From a virus, in the IMG/VR virus record IMGVR_UViG_3300045988_005351, positions 1 to 64,000 of that record: a stretch of 64,000 nucleotides of DNA; one strand, 5' to 3'. Position 1 is the first letter of the stretch. Every line of letters begins with the position of its first letter. The position numbers and the translations under genes were made by a program. Shown here piece by piece: positions 15,847 through 24,974 of the stretch. Under the pieces are notes generated by a model, which saw nothing but the letters and a program-made list of their open reading frames with translations, had not been told where the DNA came from and did no database searches.

Positions 15847-16848
15847 ATGGCATTTGGTACTGGAGAACATAGCATTACCCTAGAAGATGTCCTAGCAAGA
15901 ACTACGGAATTTGACATACTATACTATTATTTCAATGTAAGTGAACTGCCTACTATAATACATTCACCTTTGAGGCAGGACAACAGACCTTCATTTGGTC
16001 TATATACATTAGATGGTAAGAGGGTACATTACACTGACTTAGCTACTAAGGATAGAGGTGGACTGTTTGATTTGCTTATGAAGTATTGGGGGGAGAGTTA
16101 CAAAGATATGCTTAATCATCTTTGGGAGGACTTACCCAATTTCTCCAATGCCAATGTCCAGTTTAATAGTGTGAAGAGTGAGAGGTCTTACCAGTATCAG
16201 TCTCTCAAGTCAAGGAACATAGACCTTCAATGTAAGGTCAGAGAGTGGAGGGATTATGATTTAGAATACTGGGCTTCTTATGGTATATCACTAGAGTGGC
16301 TCAAGTATGCTGACATATATCCCATATCGCATAAGATTGTAATTAGGGATGGTCAGAGATATGTATTTGGAGCTGACAAGTATGCCTATGCCTATGTAGA
16401 GAGGAAAGAGGGTAAAGTAACCCTCAAGATATACCAACCTTATAATAAAGGTGGGTACAAGTGGAGCAACAGGCATGACAGGAGTGTCATATCACTTTGG
16501 ACTAAAGTACCTGAGTATGGAGATAGAATCTGCATATGTTCATCCATGAAGGATGCCTTGTGCTTATGGGCTAACACAGGAATACCAGCACTAGCTATTC
16601 AAGGGGAAGGCTATGGTATGAGTGATACTGCTGTTGGTGAACTCAAAAGGAGGTATAGTAGGATATACATTCTTCTGGACAATGATGAAGCTGGACTGCA
16701 AGATGCGGTGAAACTGTCAGAGTCCACTGGGTTCACCAATGTAGTATTACCCAGAGTGAATGATGCTAAGGACATCAGTGACTTATACAAATCTCTTCAA
16801 GACCCTAATAGGTTTAGGGGTATTGTCATGCCCTTATTTAAGGACTAA
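15847..16848 (+). CDS. DnaG-type primase (TOPRIM domain)
   Basis: TOPRIM signature CSSMKDALC ... IYILLDNDEAGLQDAVKL (E ... DxD). Confidence 0.7.
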   Translation: MAFGTGEHSITLEDVLARTTEFDILYYYFNVSELPTIIHSPLRQDNRPSFGLYTLDGKRVHYTDLATKDRGGLFDLLMKYWGESYKDMLNHLWEDLPNFSNANVQFNSVKSERSYQYQSLKSRNIDLQCKVREWRDYDLEYWASYGISLEWLKYADIYPISHKIVIRDGQRYVFGADKYAYAYVERKEGKVTLKIYQPYNKGGYKWSNRHDRSVISLWTKVPEYGDRICICSSMKDALCLWANTGIPALAIQGEGYGMSDTAVGELKRRYSRIYILLDNDEAGLQDAVKLSESTGFTNVVLPRVNDAKDISDLYKSLQDPNRFRGIVMPLFKD

Positions 16849-16900
16849 GATTGTTTTAGGATAACATTAACAAAAGTTTTAACATTTAACATCTCAAATT

Positions 16901-17587
16901 ATGGAAACTCGTAAAGTAACTATCATCAATTCCAAGACCCAGAGCCAGAAGGTAATTCAGGACTCTAAGGCTACAACTCTCGGTGAACTCAAACAGGAAA
17001 TGAGGGAGAGAGATATTGACTACACAGGCATGACTTTCTTTGAAGGTCACATGAGAGCTGAACTCAAGGATGATGCAGCCCCTCTGCCTACCAACATCCC
17101 CTATAAGGGTCAGGTAGTCAATGACTTGATATTCATGTTGACTGCACCTGAGAAGAAGGTTAAGTCTGGTGCTATGTCAAGAGCAGAAGCCTATGCAGAA
17201 ATCAAGAAGAGAGGCTTGCAGGGTGCTTATGTGGATAAGTTCGGTAAGAACTTCACACAGTGTTCCACTGCTGACCTCATCTCTCTGATTGAGGAGAACT
17301 CTACCAAGGCAGCTCCTGCACCTAAAGCTGAGAAGCCTGTAGAAGTAGCAGCTCCTACTGCTCCTGCAAAGGCAGAGGAAGCTCCTGTAGCACCTGAAAC
17401 TCCTGCCACTGAATGTAACTGTTCAAAGGCTCTTGCTATCCTCACAGAGGCTCTCTATGGGAATGACACCATTGAGGAGGAGACCTATGATGCAGTCATG
17501 GCTACTCTCAAAGGTGGTTCTTACAATGCACCTGAGAAGATGAGCAAGAGGGAGATTGATGAGATGTTTGGCTTTGTTGAAAGATAA
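16901..17587 (+). CDS. protein with ubiquitin-like (beta-grasp) N-terminus, HeH/SAP-like motif and Pro/Ala linker
   Basis: Residues 5-88 follow the ubiquitin secondary-structure pattern (VTIINS / SQKVIQD / TLGELKQEMRERDID / MTFFEG / RAELKDD / DLIFMLTAPEKKVKSG). CSTADLISLIEEN is HeH-like. A PAPKAEKPVEVAAPTAPAKAEEAPVAPE linker follows. Confidence 0.55.
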   Translation: METRKVTIINSKTQSQKVIQDSKATTLGELKQEMRERDIDYTGMTFFEGHMRAELKDDAAPLPTNIPYKGQVVNDLIFMLTAPEKKVKSGAMSRAEAYAEIKKRGLQGAYVDKFGKNFTQCSTADLISLIEENSTKAAPAPKAEKPVEVAAPTAPAKAEEAPVAPETPATECNCSKALAILTEALYGNDTIEEETYDAVMATLKGGSYNAPEKMSKREIDEMFGFVER

Positions 17588-17606
17588 GGTCAGATTGAAC
17601 AACACA

Positions 17607-17649
17607 GGTGGAGGGTGAGTAGTATGCTTGCCCTTCACCTTTTTTTTTA
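17607..17649 (+). terminator. rho-independent terminator
   Basis: 9-bp stem ggtggaggg/cccttcacc (one G-U), 15-nt loop, followed by a run of about 9 T. Confidence 0.7.
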
Positions 17650-17657
17650 TACACAGT

Positions 17658-18974
17658 ATGAGTGAAGAAGTAACTAATAAGGTAAGGGAGTTATATGACG
17701 ACATCATGTACTTCCCTAATAAGGTTCTTAGCATATTCAATGACTTCTTTGGAGAACAGAGAGTGGATATGCAGGGATTCTGGGGCTTTGATGAGTTCCT
17801 ACGTTCAATGTCTGAGAACAGGCTTAGTTCTTTCTTCTCCAGTAAGAGTGCTGTACTTGGTAGTCCAGAGTTCAGAAGTGCCAGTAAAGAGAATAAGGCT
17901 GTCATAGAAGATATGCTTGATAATGGTGCTTTGGATAGTGCTGTAACCAGTGATGAAGCACTTGCTACATACTTCTTACCTATAATGTTTACTGCTGTAA
18001 TGCAGATTATGCCACAAGGTTTCATTCTTGTACATTTCCCTCGTGTAAGGGTTACTAATGAGAATGACAGGTTTGTGGATATAAACCATCTATGGGTTAA
18101 AGTAGGTATAAAGGCAAGTGGTGCAGGCATAGGTTACTTTACTGTAAATAGGAGTGAGTATGAACTCTCTCATATGAAGGCAGACTATATGCACAGTCAT
18201 GTACCAGGAATACCATTTGATAGGTTTACAGAGTTCAAGTCTCCCTGTCTTGGCAGTGGACCTATCAGAAGTACAGTAGCTACTCTTGCAGTGAGGTATG
18301 ATGAGGCTATATGGCAGTTGTTCTGTCTTGAGTTGGATAAGTATGTCAGGGTTGAAAGTATCTCTGGAGTACCTTACAGGTATCTGGAGAGGATAGGTAC
18401 AGGTGGTGGTACAACCAATGGAGAAACTGACTTCTCTATGCAGTCTACCACATTCAATGACTACAATACTATATTCTCTAAAGAGGATATGAAGGACTTT
18501 GTAAGGCATCTGATAAGAGACAAGAAACTCAAGTTCAACTTCATCAGAGGAAGCTATGGCTTTGCAATGTCCTATCTTGACTATAGAATACTCATTAGTA
18601 ATGAGTTCATCAAGTGGTACAATCTGAGATATAACTTAGGAACTTCTGCTGCAAGTTATAATGACTTGATGGGTAGAGGAATACTGAAAGAATGTATCAT
18701 CAACAATGGTAAGATACAGTATCTCAACAGCAATGCGAGAAGGAATGGTAGGGACTATTATAGCTATGAAGGAGCTAATGTATGTACATTCAAGGGTAAT
18801 CCTATCAATATACATATAGTAGACAGTGCTACTGATACCCTTAACAAGACAGTGTTAGTCAATGCAGGTATTGCTGAGGAAATAGCAAAGGCAGTACTTA
18901 CAATAGTAAATTACAAGTATGGGAGAGAACAAAGAGAAGAAGCTGGAATTAGTACACCAGCAATCTATCTATAA
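17658..18974 (+). CDS. putative E2-like (UBC-fold) protein, 438 aa
   Basis: ATG at 17658 (the ORF-track TTG start 17628 lies inside the terminator). A beta-rich core is followed by YMHSHV-x13-SPCLGSG, resembling the HPN...Cys layout of E2/prokaryotic E2-like families. Weakest call of the cassette. Confidence 0.4.
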   Translation: MSEEVTNKVRELYDDIMYFPNKVLSIFNDFFGEQRVDMQGFWGFDEFLRSMSENRLSSFFSSKSAVLGSPEFRSASKENKAVIEDMLDNGALDSAVTSDEALATYFLPIMFTAVMQIMPQGFILVHFPRVRVTNENDRFVDINHLWVKVGIKASGAGIGYFTVNRSEYELSHMKADYMHSHVPGIPFDRFTEFKSPCLGSGPIRSTVATLAVRYDEAIWQLFCLELDKYVRVESISGVPYRYLERIGTGGGTTNGETDFSMQSTTFNDYNTIFSKEDMKDFVRHLIRDKKLKFNFIRGSYGFAMSYLDYRILISNEFIKWYNLRYNLGTSAASYNDLMGRGILKECIINNGKIQYLNSNARRNGRDYYSYEGANVCTFKGNPINIHIVDSATDTLNKTVLVNAGIAEEIAKAVLTIVNYKYGREQREEAGISTPAIYL

Positions 18975-18975
18975 G

Positions 18976-20130
18976 ATGGTAATCCCTCAGGAAGTTGAGA
19001 AGAAGATAAGACTTCTGTGTAGGGAGATACACAATGTGGAATGGTCTGGAGTACTGTTCTACAAGGTAAGTGGTTCATTTGAGGATAAATCTTTGACAAT
19101 CACTTGTGTAGACTTGTTCCAGATGGATGAAGGTACTGGAGGATATACTGAATATGATATGTCTCCAGATGTCATGGGTTATATGGTAGACCATTCTGAG
19201 CTGCTTGATACAGGTGTATATCAGGGACTTATCCATAGTCATAACAACATGGCTACATTCTTTAGTGGTACTGATACAGCCACCTTGCAGTCAGAAGGCA
19301 GTGATATGAACCACTTTGTATCACTGATTGTAAACAATGCTGGTAAATACACAGCAGGAGTAACTAGGAAGGCTAAGCTCAAACAGACAGTCAATGAGGA
19401 GTTCACATATCCCACATGGGGTGATGAGAGGGTATCTGGCAATAGAACCTTTACAGTAGAGAAGGAGTATATCCAATGGTTTAACCTTGACATTGAAATT
19501 GAAGGAGTTAGTAATGACTTTGAAACGGAAATGCTTGAAAGGATTAAGGCTATTAGAGCTAGCAAAGCTAATGCTAATAAGGGGAATATTGAGAATGTCA
19601 GAAGTCCTTACTATAGTGGAGGTTATAAGAAAGAGGACTATGGCAAATACCCAATAGGTTCTTATGGTAGTCCTAAAGGGTATACAGTACCTGCTGGTCC
19701 AGCCAATACTACTCCTATCAAGAGAGAGGTCAAGCAACCTACACTCTTTGATGATGCCAATGAGGAGTTTATGATTGACTATGAGAAGTTAAAGCTCAGT
19801 GATGAGATAGTGGACTGGGTGGTTAAGCAGACCATCACTTGTAGTGTAATCATTCCTAACTCCAGTAACATTGATGTAGAGAAATGGGCTAGGTCTATGG
19901 ACTCTCTGTATAAGAAGAGATTCGCAGACAAGAAGGAGTTTGAAGCCTTTGCATCAAACTTTGTGGACTTTGTGGTTAACTATACAGAAGACCCAGAGGC
20001 TGCTGCTTTCTTGGATGCTACGGAGATGGCTGCTGTATTGGCTTATCAGGTAAGAGAGAAACTAAGTACCCTGCCTAAGAATGAATGGCTGGATGCTTGG
20101 ATAGAATTGTATGATGATTATATACTGTAA
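18976..20130 (+). CDS. JAB/MPN (JAMM) metalloisopeptidase domain protein
   Basis: NVEWSG glutamate plus HSHNNMATFFSGTD (HxHx7Sx2D) at nt 19234-19275. The ATG at 18976 lies 1 nt after the upstream stop. Confidence 0.75.
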   Translation: MVIPQEVEKKIRLLCREIHNVEWSGVLFYKVSGSFEDKSLTITCVDLFQMDEGTGGYTEYDMSPDVMGYMVDHSELLDTGVYQGLIHSHNNMATFFSGTDTATLQSEGSDMNHFVSLIVNNAGKYTAGVTRKAKLKQTVNEEFTYPTWGDERVSGNRTFTVEKEYIQWFNLDIEIEGVSNDFETEMLERIKAIRASKANANKGNIENVRSPYYSGGYKKEDYGKYPIGSYGSPKGYTVPAGPANTTPIKREVKQPTLFDDANEEFMIDYEKLKLSDEIVDWVVKQTITCSVIIPNSSNIDVEKWARSMDSLYKKRFADKKEFEAFASNFVDFVVNYTEDPEAAAFLDATEMAAVLAYQVREKLSTLPKNEWLDAWIELYDDYIL

Positions 20131-20132
20131 GT

Positions 20133-21041
20133 ATGGAAGATATAGTAAGTGAAATAACTGCTCAGGCTCTTAACCAGTTAGCTGAACGTAGGGCAGGGCA
20201 GTCTAGTCAAGAGTTTGAAAGAGCTATAGAGGCGGTTCAGTTGAGTCCAGAAGAGGAAGCAATGTTAGGAGCAGTATTGGAGAGTGAGCATCAAGAGATA
20301 CCAGTAAACTCACAGACTATCACTGTAGATGAGACTACAAGTAGGTTCAGTGGGGCTATATGGTATGAGGAAATACAGAAGCAGACTGTCACTTTGGCAG
20401 GTGTTGGAGGTATTGGCAGTTATGTAGGTTTCTTGTTAGGTAGATTGAAGCCTCAGAGACTTATCATATATGACCCTGACAGGGTTGAGACTGTCAATAT
20501 GTCAGGTCAGTTGTATGGTCAGACAGATGTTGGTAATTATAAGAGTGTAGCCCTTGCCAATATGGTCAGGAACTATGCTAACTATAACAATATAGTGGCA
20601 TTGAATAACAGGTTTGAGGCTAACTCTGAGGCTACTGACATTATGATATGTGGCTTTGACAATATGACAGCCAGAAGGACATTCTATGAGAAGTGGAAGC
20701 AGAAGGTACTGTCCTATCCTGCTGGTAGTGATAACAGGAAGAAGTGTTTGTTCATAGATGGAAGATTGGCAGCAGAAGAGTTCCAAGTACTGTCCATTCA
20801 AGGAGATGATGAAAGAGCTATGGTGGAGTATGAGGATAAGTGGCTGTTCAGTGATGCAGAAGCTGAGGAGACTATATGCTCCTATAAGCAGACTACTTTC
20901 ATGGCTAACATGATTGCATCAGTGATGGTCAATGTCTTTGTGAACTTCGTAGCTAACCAGTGTGGTCCTATCATAGACAGGGATGTTCCTTTCTTCATAT
21001 CCTATGATGCAAGTACAATGTTTACTAAAGTTGAAATGTAA
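20133..21041 (+). CDS. ThiF/MoeB/E1-like adenylyltransferase
   Basis: LAGVGGIGSYVGFLLG Rossmann loop followed by IIYDPDRVETVNMSGQLY, as in E1-like enzymes. Confidence 0.75.
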   Translation: MEDIVSEITAQALNQLAERRAGQSSQEFERAIEAVQLSPEEEAMLGAVLESEHQEIPVNSQTITVDETTSRFSGAIWYEEIQKQTVTLAGVGGIGSYVGFLLGRLKPQRLIIYDPDRVETVNMSGQLYGQTDVGNYKSVALANMVRNYANYNNIVALNNRFEANSEATDIMICGFDNMTARRTFYEKWKQKVLSYPAGSDNRKKCLFIDGRLAAEEFQVLSIQGDDERAMVEYEDKWLFSDAEAEETICSYKQTTFMANMIASVMVNVFVNFVANQCGPIIDRDVPFFISYDASTMFTKVEM

Positions 21042-21841
21042 TGCAAAGAGTGAGTAGTAGAATGAGTTATACTATTGAGCATATGTATAACTCAAGGGGA
21101 GATATAACTTCCTGTAGCAGTACAGATGCTAGACTAGTCAATTACTCTATGCACACTGTGTTCCCATCATTCTTTAGGATTTCCCTACAGGAAAACAAGA
21201 TTGAGCTTCCTATATTTGCCAAGGAGTATGTGCAAGGCAAGCTCCTTGAAAGATTGGAAGATAGGTCAAACCCTATGAGAAGAAGTGACATTATTATACA
21301 CTTCCACACTGTAGAGAGTAACTATGCTCCCTATAGGACAGCAGATACTTTAATCAGGAATCTGGTGGAGTTCAACTCCAGTAGAAGAGGTATGTATCTA
21401 ACTGCCAGTACCAATAAAGGAGAGACATATCATGGATGTAATGGTACTATATTCAATAAGGATATGGTTCCACTTATTTTCAATGTCATAGAATGTGAGA
21501 TTGTGGATAATGCTCTTGTATATAAGAGAGTCAAGAGTTATATACATCCATCGGTATTCTATTCTGATGGTACTGTGGAGAAGTGCATAGCCAATAAGAT
21601 TATTCCATTTGTCATGCAGAATGGTATAGAGATAAAACCCTATGACTCAAGGGTAGTTGATAACATCAGCTATGTAGGTACAGGAAGAATCAGGAAGACT
21701 ATACCAGAGTTGTCAGTTGCCAATATAGCTGACAGGTTCTTCTGTAAACCTGTTCTTCCTAGTGTGGCATATAGTGATGATGACATCAATGATATGCTGA
21801 ACAGGAACATTGATGATGTATTCAATATCATTGGGTTATGA
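21041..21841 (+). CDS. hypothetical protein (266 aa), fourth gene of the E2/JAB/E1 cassette
   Basis: Start overlaps the E1-like stop (taATG); ATGA overlap with the UDG gene; no motif recognised. Confidence 0.55.
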   Translation: MQRVSSRMSYTIEHMYNSRGDITSCSSTDARLVNYSMHTVFPSFFRISLQENKIELPIFAKEYVQGKLLERLEDRSNPMRRSDIIIHFHTVESNYAPYRTADTLIRNLVEFNSSRRGMYLTASTNKGETYHGCNGTIFNKDMVPLIFNVIECEIVDNALVYKRVKSYIHPSVFYSDGTVEKCIANKIIPFVMQNGIEIKPYDSRVVDNISYVGTGRIRKTIPELSVANIADRFFCKPVLPSVAYSDDDINDMLNRNIDDVFNIIGL

Positions 21842-22548
21842 CACTTGAGGAATACTTTGGTGATTGGCTTAGAGTGATTGACAGAGCAGAGTTAGATAAG
21901 GTATTGACACTCCTTAACAGGATGTATAGGGTAAAACCTATATGTCCTGCACAGGAGAATGTATTCAAGGCATTCAACTTGTGTAAGTACCGTGACTGTA
22001 AGGTGGTATTCATAGGTCAAGACCCATACCCTCAGAAGGGTGTGGCTACTGGCATATTGTTTGGTAATGATGCAAGTACTAGAGAGGATGACTGGTCTCC
22101 TTCATTAAAAATTGTTAGAGATTCAGTTATAGACTTGCGCAGACCACATAATTTGATTACCTTTGTCCCCACCTTAGAGTCATGGGCTAAGCAAGGCATC
22201 CTTATGATTAACTCTGCTTTGACCGTGGAGATGAATAAGGTAGGCTCACACACTATGTTGTGGAGACCTTTCATCTCAAAGCTGCTAAAGAAGATGTCTG
22301 AGTATGATACTGGTATGATATATGTGCTGTTTGGTGGTACCGCCCGTACCTTCAAACCATATATAGGAAAGTATAATGATGTGATAGAGATAGAGCATCC
22401 TGCATACTTTGCAAGAATCAACCAAGACATGCCCTCAGATGTATTCTATGAGATTAACAAACTATTAAAAGCAAGGTATAACACCACTATTAAATGGTAT
22501 GATGAGGAACAGTGCAATGGAGATATGGAAGAGTATAACAGGCTATGA
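21838..22548 (+). CDS. ung: uracil-DNA glycosylase (family 1)
   Basis: VVFIGQDPYPQKGVATGILFG catalytic motif and an EHPAY block corresponding to the HPSP loop. Confidence 0.8.
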   Translation: MTLEEYFGDWLRVIDRAELDKVLTLLNRMYRVKPICPAQENVFKAFNLCKYRDCKVVFIGQDPYPQKGVATGILFGNDASTREDDWSPSLKIVRDSVIDLRRPHNLITFVPTLESWAKQGILMINSALTVEMNKVGSHTMLWRPFISKLLKKMSEYDTGMIYVLFGGTARTFKPYIGKYNDVIEIEHPAYFARINQDMPSDVFYEINKLLKARYNTTIKWYDEEQCNGDMEEYNRL

Positions 22549-22714
22549 TAACTTATATATATATATAGTTAGAGATATTAGTGGGGAGATTATAGCGGAG
22601 TATTCTTCAATATCCCAAGCATCTATTGCTCTTAATATGGACAAGAGCAATATATCAAAATGCTGTAGAGGTGTTATGTGTTCCTATAAAAGTTTAACAT
22701 TTTCCTATAAATAG
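22517..22714 (+). pseudogene. decayed homing-endonuclease remnant (NUMOD4 start fused to C-terminal HTH, no nuclease core)
   Basis: MEIWKSITGYDN... then (TA)7 at 22554-22567, then ...SISQASIALNMDKSNISKCCRG....YKSLTFSY. This keeps only the two DNA-binding ends of an HNH/GIY-type endonuclease. Confidence 0.45.
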
Positions 22715-22724
22715 AAGAAAAAAT

Positions 22725-23258
22725 ATGAACAAGTTGAAACTGAAAGAGACTGGTAAAGAAGTCAAGATGGGTGAGAAGCTCATCAAAGTTGTGGAATTGT
22801 TTGGCGTTCCTGTACCTGTAGCACATGTTGAGGTCAATGAAACTACTCTTCCTGACCTTATCAAGCATGGTATAGTAGTAGCGGAGGGTTCTGATAGTGA
22901 CATTGATGTTACTATTGAGAGTGCAGTACAGCATCTGGCTAATAGGATTGGCTGGAACAAAGAGAACCTTGAGAAGTACTTCAATAACCTCTATAAGATT
23001 AGCCCTGCTGCTGCCTTTGAGATTGTGTTGAAGGAAGTGGCTATCCTGCTTGATGAGAAGTACCCTGACCACATCAGCAACAGTAAGGAGATTTGGGTAA
23101 TCAATAAGGTCAATGGAGAGATTCAGAAACTCAAAGACCTGAGTAAAATCAAGAGCTTCCAGCACTTTGCTGCTTTCAGAAGCCTTGAGGATGCTCTTGT
23201 AGCCAAGAGAGTAATGGCTCCTGCATTGAAGGACTTGTATGGAAAACAGAAGAATTAA
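22725..23258 (+). CDS. hypothetical protein (177 aa)
   Basis: ATG ORF with protein-like composition; the longer antisense ORF 22674-23303 is Leu/Ser-rich and judged spurious. Confidence 0.55.
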   Translation: MNKLKLKETGKEVKMGEKLIKVVELFGVPVPVAHVEVNETTLPDLIKHGIVVAEGSDSDIDVTIESAVQHLANRIGWNKENLEKYFNNLYKISPAAAFEIVLKEVAILLDEKYPDHISNSKEIWVINKVNGEIQKLKDLSKIKSFQHFAAFRSLEDALVAKRVMAPALKDLYGKQKN

Positions 23259-23691
23259 AGGTGCTACACCTTTAGTTGTTGATGACATCAAGTTTAAGTC
23301 CAAGATTGAGGCAAGTGTATATAAGCACTTGCTTCAAGCTGGATTTGACCCAGTGTATGAGGGTATGAAGTTCACTATATGGAGTGGCTTCAAGCCTACA
23401 GTCCCATTCTATACAAGGATAGGGCGAAGCAATGGGCTTAATATGAAGAAAACTATAGACATCACCTATACCCCAGACTTCACATTCATGTATAATGGTA
23501 AGCTAATTATCATAGAGGTCAAAGGGTTACAGAATGATGTCTTTCCATATAAGTTCAAGATGTTCAGAGGTATGCTTGAGAGAGAACCTTATGTAGGTAA
23601 TACCCTACTGTTTGAGATATTCAGCATCAAGCAACTAAAGGAGTGTATAGAAATCATAAAATCTTATGACTCCAATACAGAGACTAAATAG
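23239..23691 (+). CDS. endonuclease I-like PD-(D/E)xK nuclease (Holliday-junction resolvase candidate)
   Basis: ITYTPDFTFMYNGKLIIIEVKG matches the YxPDF ... E-x-K core of T7 endonuclease I-like nucleases. Confidence 0.6.
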   Translation: MENRRIKGATPLVVDDIKFKSKIEASVYKHLLQAGFDPVYEGMKFTIWSGFKPTVPFYTRIGRSNGLNMKKTIDITYTPDFTFMYNGKLIIIEVKGLQNDVFPYKFKMFRGMLEREPYVGNTLLFEIFSIKQLKECIEIIKSYDSNTETK

Positions 23692-23950
23692 TTTGGTAAA
23701 GTCATTCCCAGAGAAGGATAGGGAATTGATGCAGAAGATGTTAGATGAAAGGAAGTTTGAAGACTTGTGGGAACTTGTGAAGTCCTCCATCTATATGGTG
23801 AGAAAGTACAAGGACAAGTATGAGGCTGACCTTACTGACATGACTGTGTTCAAGTCTGAACTATCCTCCTATATGGACCAATTAGGTCTAGGGGATGATG
23901 AGGAGTTTGAGGGTGAGAAAGAAATGATTGACACTTATGAAGAGTATTAG
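23666..23950 (+). CDS. hypothetical acidic protein (94 aa)
   Basis: ATG ORF in the gene train. Confidence 0.45.
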   Translation: MTPIQRLNSLVKSFPEKDRELMQKMLDERKFEDLWELVKSSIYMVRKYKDKYEADLTDMTVFKSELSSYMDQLGLGDDEEFEGEKEMIDTYEEY

Positions 23951-24974
23951 AGAACTGGCATGGAATGTGGATGAACCAACCTATAGGGCTGATAGTGCTA
24001 TAAGCTATTCAACTCTTAGTAGGTTTGAGAGGGAAGGATGGAGAAAGCTTGACTCACTCTTTGATAAGATTGAGACACCTTCACTCACATTTGGAAGTGC
24101 TGTTGATACTAAGCTGACTGATGGGGATGAGGCATTCAATGAGAGGTTCATTGTATGTGACTTCCCACCATTGTCAGATACATTGATAAGCATTACAAAG
24201 TTCCTCCACAAGAACTTCCATGAGAACCATAGGAAACTCAGCATGATAGATGATGCTGAGATAAGCAGGGCTGCACTGATGTTCAACTATTATGCTAATC
24301 CCAAGTATGAGAACTTTAGGGTAAAGAGCATTAAGGAGAGCTGTAGTGAATACTATTCACTTCTTACATTAGCAGGAGACAAGACTGTACTATCACAGAA
24401 TGACTATGCTGATGTAATGGCTTGTGTGGATGAGTTAAAGACCAATCCAGCAACCAAGTACTTCTTTAGCTCAAATCCTTTTGAGACTCATATTGAGAAG
24501 GTGTTCCAGTTGAAGTTAAGGGCAGAGTTCCAAGGCATACCTGTCAGATGTATGTTTGATGAGATTATTGTAGACCATGAGAAGAAGATGATATACCCTA
24601 TAGACTTAAAGACCACAGGTCATCCTGAGGAAGAGTTTGAAGGGTCTTTCTCTCAATGGAGATATGATATTCAAGCCAAGCTATATACCTATATATTACA
24701 GGAGAGTATCAAGAATGATGAGTACTTCAAGGATTTCAAGATACAGCCCTATCAGTTTGTGGTTATAAACAGAAGGACTGTAGCTCCTATTGTATGGGTG
24801 TATGAAGGAAACTTTGGACAGGTAGACCTTAGAGATGAGAAAGGTAATATATTGAGGGATTGGAGGAAGATACTCGATGAACTCCATTATTACCTGAGAT
24901 ATGCTGGTAAGTACAGTATAAGGGCAATGACAAATAATTGTGTATTAAAGATAAGTAATTTGACACCATGTTGA
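23937..24974 (+). CDS. RecB/Cas4-like PD-(D/E)xK exonuclease
   Basis: MFDEIIVDH ... IYPIDLKTTG (D...D-x-K) and WRYDIQAKLYTY (QxxxY). ATG at 23937 (the ORF-track start 23928 is TTG). Confidence 0.6.
   Translation: MKSIRELAWNVDEPTYRADSAISYSTLSRFEREGWRKLDSLFDKIETPSLTFGSAVDTKLTDGDEAFNERFIVCDFPPLSDTLISITKFLHKNFHENHRKLSMIDDAEISRAALMFNYYANPKYENFRVKSIKESCSEYYSLLTLAGDKTVLSQNDYADVMACVDELKTNPATKYFFSSNPFETHIEKVFQLKLRAEFQGIPVRCMFDEIIVDHEKKMIYPIDLKTTGHPEEEFEGSFSQWRYDIQAKLYTYILQESIKNDEYFKDFKIQPYQFVVINRRTVAPIVWVYEGNFGQVDLRDEKGNILRDWRKILDELHYYLRYAGKYSIRAMTNNCVLKISNLTPC

Noticed and set aside
17628-17657. ORF-track start (TTG, MPFTFFFIHS...) for the E2-like gene. Similar TTG/GTG starts occur at 7587, 14868, 23928, 27605, 33352, 34240 and 63926.
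   Set aside because: The 17628 start lies inside the terminator stem and T-run. In each case an ATG a few codons downstream sits at or just after the upstream stop (often an ATGA overlap), which fits the coupling seen throughout. The exception is 63926, where the frame simply continues to the window edge.
17423-18130. Long antisense ORFs in the track. The main ones are 17423-18130 (235 aa), 22674-23303 (209 aa), 26474-27064 (196 aa), 10531-11037 (168 aa), 3001-3465 (154 aa) and 5339-5749 (136 aa). The - strand ORF 1723-1917 inside the tmRNA gene belongs to the same group.
   Set aside because: They lie fully inside better-supported + strand genes with recognisable motifs. They are Leu/Ser/Ile-rich, as expected for antisense frames of AT-rich coding sequence, and they break the strict strand polarity of the block.
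22554-22567. (TA)7 microsatellite. I also looked in general for CRISPR arrays or longer tandem repeats.
   Set aside because: It is a trivial dinucleotide run inside a decayed endonuclease remnant. No repeat-spacer architecture was seen anywhere in the window.
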